64,000 nucleotides of DNA from Candidatus Eiseniibacteriota bacterium (GTDB lineage Bacteria > Eisenbacteria > RBG-16-71-46 > JABDJR01), in NCBI GenBank assembly GCA_963783375.1, contig CAWANH010000028.1:1568001-1632000 (forward strand), read 5' to 3'. The translations under genes were made by a program, and so were the position numbers. Position 1 is the stretch's first letter, and each line of letters opens with the position of its first letter. This document shows, one piece after another, positions 8,811 through 16,061 of this stretch. A model generated the notes under the pieces. It did not search any database, was not told the origin of the DNA, and saw only the letters and a program-made list of their open reading frames with translations.

Positions 8811-9935
8811 TTGATCACCCCCGAGCGGGCGATGGCCCGCGCTCTCATTCTGGCCCGGAGCGGGATGGGCGGCACCCATCCCAATCCCCCCGTGGGCGCG
8901 GTCCTGGTGCGGGACGGGAAGGTGGTGGGGGAGGGCCGGCACCGTCGGGCCGGGGAGCCCCATGCCGAGGTCCTGGCCCTGCGGGCCGCGGGGGCCGGGG
9001 CGCGCGGCGCCGATCTGTTCGTGACCCTCTCGCCCTGCAACCACGAAGGAAGGACCCCGCCCTGCGTGCCGGCGATCATCGATGCGGGGGTGAAGACGGT
9101 GTACGTCGGCGCAACGGATCCGAACCCGCTATCCGGGGACGGGCCGGCCGCGCTCTCCGCCGCCGGGGTCGAGGTGCACGCGGGCCCCGGCCGAATACGC
9201 GCCGCCCATCTGGTCGCGGGGTTCGCGTCGACGGTGGAACGGAAGCGCCCGCGGATCATTCTCAAGGTGGCCACCTCCCTCGACGGGCGGATCGCCACCG
9301 CGGAGGGGGAATCGCGCTGGATCTCCTCGGGTGTGGCCCGCGCCTGGGTGCATCGCCGCCGCCGGGAGGCCGACGCCATTCTGGTCGGTTCGGGAACGGC
9401 GATAAAGGACAACCCGGCGCTCACCACCCGGTTCGTGAAGGGGCGCTCCCCGGACCGGTTCGTGCTGGACTCGCGGCTTCGCACTCCGGACTCCGCGCGG
9501 GTGTGGGCGGATGACGGAACCCGCCGGGTGGCGGTCGCCACCGAAGCCGCTCCGGTCGCGGCTCGGCGGGCGCTGGAGGCGAAGGGGGTAGAAGTGTGGA
9601 CGCTCCCCGCCGGCCCCGAGGGGCGGGTTTCGCTCCCGGCCATTGCCGCCCGGATGGGGAGCGAGGGATACACCACCCTTTTGGTGGAGGGCGGAGGCAC
9701 GGTGGCCGGGTCGTTCCTGGCCGCGCGGCTCGCCGATGTGGTCTGGATGGTGGTCTCCCGGCAGCTCCTGTTGGGCGGGGGCGGACCGGGCTGGACCGAA
9801 GGGCTCCGGGTTACCGGGGTGGCGCGGGCGGTGCGGGTGGCGCGAACCGGGATCCGTTCTCTCGGGGCCGACTGGCTGGTGACCGCGGTCCCCGAGGCCG
9901 CCCAGTGGTGGGACCCGGGTCCTTGTGATCGATAG
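8811..9935 (+). CDS. ribD: Bifunctional riboflavin deaminase/reductase
   Basis: PNPPVGAV, HAE, PCNHEGRTPPC, KVATSLDG, SRWIS, LLVEGG; start TTG 8811 or ATG 8832. Confidence 0.95.
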   Translation: MITPERAMARALILARSGMGGTHPNPPVGAVLVRDGKVVGEGRHRRAGEPHAEVLALRAAGAGARGADLFVTLSPCNHEGRTPPCVPAIIDAGVKTVYVGATDPNPLSGDGPAALSAAGVEVHAGPGRIRAAHLVAGFASTVERKRPRIILKVATSLDGRIATAEGESRWISSGVARAWVHRRRREADAILVGSGTAIKDNPALTTRFVKGRSPDRFVLDSRLRTPDSARVWADDGTRRVAVATEAAPVAARRALEAKGVEVWTLPAGPEGRVSLPAIAARMGSEGYTTLLVEGGGTVAGSFLAARLADVVWMVVSRQLLLGGGGPGWTEGLRVTGVARAVRVARTGIRSLGADWLVTAVPEAAQWWDPGPCDR

Positions 9936-9975
9936 CGGGATCGGGAGCGTCGGCGGCGGCGCCCGGAGGAACGAC

Positions 9976-10617
9976 ATGTTCAGCGGGATCATCGAAGGCA
10001 CGGGACGAGTGGTGCGGGCGGAGCGCCGCGCCGGAGGCGTGAAACTCACCCTTCAGGTCCCGGAGTCGCTCCGGGACCTCCCGCCGGGGTCGAGCGTGGC
10101 GGTGAGCGGCACCTGCCTCACGGTGACCGAGGCCTCGGGCGGGACCCTGAGCTTCGACGCGGTGGGCGCCACCCTGAAGCGGACGCTGCTCGGCGGCGTG
10201 GCGGTAGGGGACCGGCTGAACCTGGAGCGGAGCCTGTGCCTGGGAGCCCCGGTGGACGGCCACCTGGTCACCGGGCACGTGGACGGCCTGGGCACGGTGG
10301 CCGCGCGCCGCCCCGGGGAGGGTGCGGTGTACTTCGACATCCGGGCGCCGGAGGATCTGGCCGGGCAGATCGCCCCGCGGGGGTCGGTGGCGGTGGACGG
10401 GGTGAGCCTCACCGTGGCCGAGACCCGGGGAACGACGTTCACGGTCTCGATCGTTCCCTACACCCTGGAGCACACCGTGATGGGCGACTACCGGCCGGGC
10501 CGGAAGGTGCATCTGGAGACCGACGTATTGGCCAAGTATGTGCAGAGGGCGTTGAGCGCGGACGGGAGCCGTGAGGGCCTCGCCGCCTGGTTCGCGGAAA
10601 CGGAGATCCAACCATGA
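9976..10617 (+). CDS. ribE: Riboflavin synthase
   Basis: N-terminus MFSGII, GTCLT, NLERSL, GHLVTGHVDG, GVSLTV; GGAGG RBS. Confidence 0.95.
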   Translation: MFSGIIEGTGRVVRAERRAGGVKLTLQVPESLRDLPPGSSVAVSGTCLTVTEASGGTLSFDAVGATLKRTLLGGVAVGDRLNLERSLCLGAPVDGHLVTGHVDGLGTVAARRPGEGAVYFDIRAPEDLAGQIAPRGSVAVDGVSLTVAETRGTTFTVSIVPYTLEHTVMGDYRPGRKVHLETDVLAKYVQRALSADGSREGLAAWFAETEIQP

Positions 10618-11930
10618 GCAGTATCGATGAAACCCAGGTGGATCGCGAGTACCGCTTCGATTCCATCGAGGACGCGCTGGCCGACCTGAAGCAGGGGAAG
10701 ATGGTGGTGGTCCTCGACGACGAGGACCGGGAGAACGAGGGCGACGTGGTGTGCGCGGCCGAGACCATCACCCCCGCCCACGTGAACTTCATCATCCGGG
10801 AGGCGCGGGGGCTCCTGTGCGTGCCCATGTCCGCGGAACGGCTTGCCCATCTGGGCCTGGATCCCATGGTGCGGGACAACACCGCCCCGATGGGGACCTC
10901 CTTCACCGTCTCGGTGGACGCGATCCGCGGCTGCACTACCGGAATCAGCGCCCAGGACCGCGCGATCACCATCCGCGCCCTGGCCGACGAGCGCACCCGG
11001 CCCGAGGACCTCGCCCGCCCCGGGCACGTGTTTCCGCTCCGCGCCGCGTCCGGGGGGGTGCTCCGCCGCACCGGGCACACCGAGGCGGTGGTGGACCTGA
11101 TGAACCTGGCCGGCATGAAACCGGTGGGCGCGCTCTGCGAGATCCTGGACGAGGACGGCACCATGGCCCGGCCGCCCTACCTGGCGCGGTTCGCCCGGAA
11201 GCACGGACTCCGGCTGATCCGGATCGCCGACCTCATCGACTACCGCTTCCGCAAGGACCGCCTGGTCCGCCGCATCACCACCACCCGGCTTCCCACCAAG
11301 CACGGCTCCTTCGATCTCCACCTCTACCGGAGCGTGGCCGAGGACCAGGACCACCTCGCCCTCACCAAGGGGGACGTGTCCGACGGGAAACCGGCGCTGG
11401 TGCGCGTCCACTCCTCGTGCCTGACCGGCGACATCCTGGGGTCGAAGCGATGCGATTGCGGGGATCAGACCGCCGAGGCCCTGCGCCAGATCGAGGCCGA
11501 GGGTCGCGGAGTCTTCCTGTACATGATGCAGGAGGGGCGGGGAATCGGCCTGGCCAACAAGGTCCTGACCTATGCTCTCCAGGACGAAGGACTGGACACG
11601 GTGGAGGCGAACCTCCACCTGGGCTTCAAACCGGACGAGCGCCACTACGGGGTGGCCGCGCAGATCCTGAGCGATCTCGGGGTGCGCGAGGTGCGCCTCC
11701 TCACCAACAACCCGGCCAAGACCCAGGGTCTGGATCGGATCGGGATCAAGGTGGTGGAGCGGGTGCCCCTGGTGGTGGGAACCAATCCAGCCAACGAACG
11801 CTATCTGGCCACCAAACGTGAGAAGATGGGACACTTGCTGGACTTATCCGAGGTGATGCGGGAGGCGGAGAGGCCGGCCGAGAGCTCCGGGAACGGAGAG
11901 GCCCGGCCACGGAGGAACGGACATGAATGA
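10614..11930 (+). CDS. ribBA: DHBP synthase / GTP cyclohydrolase II
   Basis: DDEDRENEGD, RPGHVFPL, GHTEA, VRVHSSCLTGD..RCDCG, QEGRGIGL, LLTNNP. Confidence 0.97.
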   Translation: MSSIDETQVDREYRFDSIEDALADLKQGKMVVVLDDEDRENEGDVVCAAETITPAHVNFIIREARGLLCVPMSAERLAHLGLDPMVRDNTAPMGTSFTVSVDAIRGCTTGISAQDRAITIRALADERTRPEDLARPGHVFPLRAASGGVLRRTGHTEAVVDLMNLAGMKPVGALCEILDEDGTMARPPYLARFARKHGLRLIRIADLIDYRFRKDRLVRRITTTRLPTKHGSFDLHLYRSVAEDQDHLALTKGDVSDGKPALVRVHSSCLTGDILGSKRCDCGDQTAEALRQIEAEGRGVFLYMMQEGRGIGLANKVLTYALQDEGLDTVEANLHLGFKPDERHYGVAAQILSDLGVREVRLLTNNPAKTQGLDRIGIKVVERVPLVVGTNPANERYLATKREKMGHLLDLSEVMREAERPAESSGNGEARPRRNGHE

Positions 11931-12510
11931 GTACAAGGGCTCGTTGGACGCGTCGGGGAAGCGGTTCGCGGTGATCGCGGGGCGTTTCAACGAGAGCTTC
12001 ACCGGCAACCTGGTGAACGGGGCGGTGGATTGCCTGGGTCGGTTGGGGGCGGACGAGGAGGAGGTGGACCTCTACTGGGTCCCCGGATCCTTCGAGTTGG
12101 CCCACGCCGCGCGGGGGGCGGCGACGAGCGGTCGCTACGACGCGGTCATCGCGCTGGGGGTCCTCATCCGGGGCTCCACCCCGCACTTCGACCTGGTGGC
12201 CGGGGAGACCATACGCGGGTTGTCCGCGGTCGGCCGCGACACCGGTGTTCCCACGATGTTCGGGGTGGTGACCGCGGACACCCTGGAGCAGGCGGCGGAG
12301 CGGTGCGGCTCGAAGATGGGGAACCGGGGGTGGGATGCCGCCTCGGCCGCGGTGGAGATGGTGAACCTCGGGGAGGCGTTCGGAGGCTGGGGATCGCCCG
12401 CGGCGGAGGAGCCGGTTCACGCTCACGCGGAGGCGGCGCCGGCCAAGTCCGCCAAACGGGGCGGGCGCCGGCGGGCGACGACCGGCGGGAAGCGTGACGG
12501 TTCCCGCTAA
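11923..12510 (+). CDS. ribH: Lumazine synthase with a basic C-terminal extension
   Basis: RFN, VPGSFE, LGVLIRGSTPHFD, FGVVT, QAAER.G.K.GNRG. Confidence 0.95.
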   Translation: MNEYKGSLDASGKRFAVIAGRFNESFTGNLVNGAVDCLGRLGADEEEVDLYWVPGSFELAHAARGAATSGRYDAVIALGVLIRGSTPHFDLVAGETIRGLSAVGRDTGVPTMFGVVTADTLEQAAERCGSKMGNRGWDAASAAVEMVNLGEAFGGWGSPAAEEPVHAHAEAAPAKSAKRGGRRRATTGGKRDGSR

Positions 12511-13006
12511 GGGGCCGGTCCGGCCGCCGCATCCGGGAAGCCACGGGCCGCGCCGCCGGGCGCGGGTGGCCTGCGTGCGGGCTCTCTATCGGGCCGAGGT
12601 GGTGGGGGATGCCCCGGCCGAGCTGGCCCGGGAGCTGGCCTCGGAGGAGACGATCACCGGAGAGATCCGGGACTACGCGCACCGGTTGATATCGCTGGTG
12701 GTCGAGCACGCCGAGGAGATCGACCGGATCCTGAGCGAGGCGCTGGTGCGGTGGGACCTCAAACGGCTGGCGGTGACCGACCGGTGCGTGCTTCGCATGG
12801 GTGCGGCGGAGCTCTTGTACGAGCCCGAGCTCCCCACCCGGATCATCCTCGACGAGGCGATCGAGATTGCCAAACGGTACGGCTCGGGGGAGTCGGGCCG
12901 GTTCGTGAACGGGGTCCTGGACCGGGTGGCCCGGGAAGGGCGGGGCGATGCCGGCGGGACGGACGCCCTGGATGCGCCGGGTGAGGTGGATGAGCGGGGT
13001 GAGTAG
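12494..13006 (+). CDS. nusB: Transcription antitermination factor NusB
   Basis: RRRAR...ALY, WDLKRL..DR.VLR, DEAIEIAKRYG, FVNGVLD; follows ribH. Confidence 0.93.
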   Translation: MTVPAKGPVRPPHPGSHGPRRRARVACVRALYRAEVVGDAPAELARELASEETITGEIRDYAHRLISLVVEHAEEIDRILSEALVRWDLKRLAVTDRCVLRMGAAELLYEPELPTRIILDEAIEIAKRYGSGESGRFVNGVLDRVAREGRGDAGGTDALDAPGEVDERGE

Positions 13007-13163
13007 GCCGGGCTGGGTTACGATTGGAAATTAAGCAGTTGAAATACACGACTCCATTGGTCAAGAATCATGTTGTCATGATCCGGGTCCGGCCCAGGAC
13101 ACCCACCGCCGACACACTCGCGCCGTCCCGCCGCATCAAAGCTCTCCGTCCGGAGGTTCATCG

Positions 13164-13898
13164 TTGAAGACGGCATTCATTTCCGACATTCACGCCAACC
13201 TGGACGCCCTGGATCTGGTGCTGGCGGATATCCAGGCGCGGGGGGCGGACCGGATCGTGTGCCTGGGGGATATCGTGGGCTACGGGCCCGAACCCAACGA
13301 ATGCGCGGGGCGGGTGCGCGAGGCGGCCCAGGTCACCGTGGTCGGGAACCACGATTACGCCGCCCTCGGGCTCCTGGACACCCTCGCTTTCAACGAGTAC
13401 GCGCGGGCCGCCGCCGACTGGACCAGCGATCACCTCTCCGAGGCCGCGCGTGATTTTCTATTGATGCTTCCGCTTTCCCTGGAGCTGGACGGCATGCGCC
13501 TGGTGCATGCCAGTCCCCAGGAGCCCGAGGCCTGGACCTATGTGCTCTCATTCCACGAAGCCGAGCGTCAGTTCGAGGCGTTCGAGGAGAAGCTCTGCTT
13601 CATCGGCCACTCTCACCTCCCGGTGGTGATCGAGATGGGGGAGGAGCTGGAAGCTCTTCAGTACCCCGCCGACGGGGCGGGGCTCTCCCTCGATCCCGAT
13701 CGCCGCTACATCGTGAACGTGGGGAGCGTGGGCCAGCCGCGGGACCGCGATCCCCGCGCGGGCTACGCGATCTACGACGACGCGGTCCATGAGGTCTCGC
13801 TTCACCGGGTCGAGTACCCGGTCGCGGTGGTGCAGGAGAAGATCGTGGCCGCAGGGCTGCCGCCGTTTCTGGCCATGAGGTTGGCCGCGGGGATGTAA
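13164..13898 (+). CDS. Metallophosphoesterase (calcineurin-like, YfcE-related)
   Basis: SDIHAN, LGDIVGYG, GNHD, VHASP, GHSH, NVGSVGQPRD; GGAGG RBS before TTG. Confidence 0.92.
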   Translation: MKTAFISDIHANLDALDLVLADIQARGADRIVCLGDIVGYGPEPNECAGRVREAAQVTVVGNHDYAALGLLDTLAFNEYARAAADWTSDHLSEAARDFLLMLPLSLELDGMRLVHASPQEPEAWTYVLSFHEAERQFEAFEEKLCFIGHSHLPVVIEMGEELEALQYPADGAGLSLDPDRRYIVNVGSVGQPRDRDPRAGYAIYDDAVHEVSLHRVEYPVAVVQEKIVAAGLPPFLAMRLAAGM

Positions 13899-14079
13899 CG
13901 CCCGGCATGGCCCATGGGCGGTGCCCGTTCGTCTCGGCGCTCGGCAAGGGACCACCGTTCGCCGGTCATGGGACGGTGCCCGCCCTCATCGAGGGGCTCC
14001 CCTGGCCGCGGGCTCGACCCAACCCCGACGCTCGTAGCCCTCAAAGGCCCTCCGATGTCGATCGGGCGCCGGACCCGTC

Positions 14080-14168
14080 CCGCCTTGCTGGTCGTCGCGG
14101 CCCCGGGTACACAAGAGTCGTCCGCCTTGCTGGTCGTCGCGGCCCAGGGTGCACGGGGGTCGTCCGCC
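14080..14168. repeat. 42-bp tandem repeat, two copies plus a partial third
   Basis: ccgccttgctggtcgtcgcggccc at 14080 and 14122; ccgcc again at 14164. Confidence 0.9.
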
Positions 14169-14206
14169 GGAACGGTGATCCGGTCTCCCCGGGTCGGTTC
14201 GCCCGC

Positions 14207-14580
14207 GGGGTCGCACTAAAGAATTTATTGCGAACATTGCTTCCCCGGGGAAGCACGAAGACAGCCACACGCGCATATCTTGGTACACCCGGGTGAACTC
14301 CGGGTTCGCCCGGATGTGCGGCATCTCCGCGTCCGGGGGTGGGCCGGCTCGGGACAATCACGCGCTCGACGGCTGAACGCGCGCGGGCACCACTTTGCGA
14401 CCCATTTATTGCGAACATTGCTTCCCCGGGGAAGCACGGGTACACCCGGGGGAACTTCGGGGCCGCGTCCGTGGGGTGATCCGGGGCGGACGGGCCGCCT
14501 GTCACCAGGCCGCCTCGTCCTCGGGGTCGCACTAAAGACTTTATCGCGAACCTTTTGCACCCGGGTGCACCCGGGTGACC
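14207..14580. repeat. Mosaic palindromic repeat cluster with three related units
   Basis: 35-bp perfect direct repeat at 14223-14257 and 14404-14438 containing palindrome tgcttccccggggaagca; 29-bp repeat ggggtcgcactaaaga(a/c)tttat(t/c)gcgaac at 14207 and 14523; recurrent cacccgggtg palindromes. Confidence 0.9.
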
Positions 14581-14630
14581 ATCGGATGCCGTCCGGGTGA
14601 ACTCCCCGAGCCCATGCCGACGGATCCGAA

Positions 14631-15881
14631 CTAGGTCCCCGCGCTCGGGTCCACCACCCGCCCCAGGAACAGGATGCTCCCCGTCACGTTGTCCCGGATC
14701 AGGAACAGGAACGGATGGTCGGCCCGGAACTCGGGGGGAAGGCTGGTCCGGTCGATCACCACCGCGGTGGCGGCGGCGGCCTCGGTGCCCTCCTCGTCCA
14801 CCGTCACGAACGCCTTGTGGTAGGCGTCGCTGATGAAAAGGCCTCCGCCCCCGTTCATCCCCGAGAAGTCCGCACCGGGGCCGAACGCGATCGGCATCCC
14901 CAAGGCCGAGAGGGTCTGCTTGAGCTTGAACTTCGAGGTCATCGTGAACTTGGGGAGATAGACCTCGATCTCGGTGTCGTGCATCGAGCCGAGCCAGAGA
15001 TCCAGGTCTTCGGGGGTGAGACGGCTCTCCAGGTCGGTCAGCCCGTTCCCGGCGCTCGGAAGCAGCACGATCATCGAGAGATCACGCCCCTGGTAGGGAA
15101 GCTCGAGGAGCTTCACCCCCTGGGCGTATCCGACCGCGAACGTCTGCTTCTGGTGCATGATCGGAACGGTGACGTCGTTGCCGGCCGCCACGTGGAAAGG
15201 GGCGTCCTCGGTCTTGGCCGCGTCGAAGCGCGCCGCCCAGTTCCCCTTGAAGTAGATCGCGTTGGTGAGGACCAGGGTCGTGTTCGGGGTGATCGAGTTC
15301 TCCGGGAGCAGATCCTTGATGCGATCCTCGGTCCGGTCCTCCACCCAGGTGTTGATGTGACGGCGGGAGCCTTCGGGGTCCGCGCCGAAGTCCAGCCGCT
15401 CCAGATAGGCGGCGTAGTGATCGCGGGTGAGCGCCAGGTAGGCGTCGAGGAAGCCGTATCCTTCCTGGCCGAACAGGCGGTTGGCCAGGTTCAGCCGGTA
15501 CCCGTCAAAGCCCATCCCGGTGTCCAGGCTCGTGAGGAGCGCCCCGAACACCGGATGGAGCCGGTCCTGATCCAGGGGGAACCGGAACACCGCGGCCATC
15601 TCCGACTCGGTCTCGCCCCGCGCTCCGCCATAGGTCATGGCGAAGGCGGTGGAGATGCTGAACGGCGAGAGGAAGAGGTTGCCGTCGTCCACTTTGGCGA
15701 GCCGGTGGTAGAGGTCCAACGCAAACGTGTTGTTCCCCCGCACCAGGTCCGAGGCTTCGCCGCGGAACTCCTCGGGCAATTGGCGCTCGACCATGGGATC
15801 GGGACGGGTGACGGAATCGCCGCATCCCGCTCCGGCCGCGACCACGAAGGAAAATCCGACCAAACCGGTGAGCATTCTCAT
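14631..15881 (-). CDS. Serpin family lipoprotein, inhibitory-type hinge
   Basis: Lipobox AGAGC; NLFLSPFSI, NAIYFKGNW, hinge EEGTEAAAAT, FRADHPFLFLIRD, LFLGRV. Confidence 0.95.
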   Translation of the reverse strand: MRMLTGLVGFSFVVAAGAGCGDSVTRPDPMVERQLPEEFRGEASDLVRGNNTFALDLYHRLAKVDDGNLFLSPFSISTAFAMTYGGARGETESEMAAVFRFPLDQDRLHPVFGALLTSLDTGMGFDGYRLNLANRLFGQEGYGFLDAYLALTRDHYAAYLERLDFGADPEGSRRHINTWVEDRTEDRIKDLLPENSITPNTTLVLTNAIYFKGNWAARFDAAKTEDAPFHVAAGNDVTVPIMHQKQTFAVGYAQGVKLLELPYQGRDLSMIVLLPSAGNGLTDLESRLTPEDLDLWLGSMHDTEIEVYLPKFTMTSKFKLKQTLSALGMPIAFGPGADFSGMNGGGGLFISDAYHKAFVTVDEEGTEAAAATAVVIDRTSLPPEFRADHPFLFLIRDNVTGSILFLGRVVDPSAGT

Positions 15882-15938
15882 CTTTCACCCCCATGAACTG
15901 CGGCCGAATTCACTACAGCCCGAACCGTCCCTCACGAA

Positions 15939-15964
15939 AACACGGAACGGGGTACGGAGGTTCC
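15939..15964 (-). promoter_or_regulatory. ECF-sigma-type promoter upstream of the serpin
   Basis: GGAAC-N18-GTT on the minus strand, about 60 bp upstream of the serpin ATG. Confidence 0.45.
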
Positions 15965-16024
15965 AGCCCGGTGCGTACACCAACTTCGTGAACCGGCCGG
16001 GTCGAGCCCCCGTCCGGTTCGAAC

Positions 16025-16049
16025 GGCGCCCGCCGCGTGGGCGGGCGCC
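16025..16049 (-). terminator. Hairpin just after the VWA gene stop
   Basis: ggcgcccgcc-gcgtg-ggcgggcgcc, perfect 10-bp stem; no U-tract. Confidence 0.4.
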
Positions 16050-16061
16050 CCCCGTTCCTTC

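Noticed and set aside
14207-14235. Chromosomal dif (XerC/D) site
   Set aside because: gttcgcaataa resembles a XerC arm, but there is no TTATGTTAAAT-like XerD arm, the spacing does not fit 11-6-11, and the motif is repeated
14080-14580. CRISPR array
   Set aside because: Only 2-3 units with irregular spacing (42, 181 and ~120 bp), intervening sequences are related to each other, and no cas genes are present
13907-14600. Short ORFs across the repeat region
   Set aside because: Pro/Arg-rich translations with no RBS or motifs; repeated peptides simply mirror the DNA repeats
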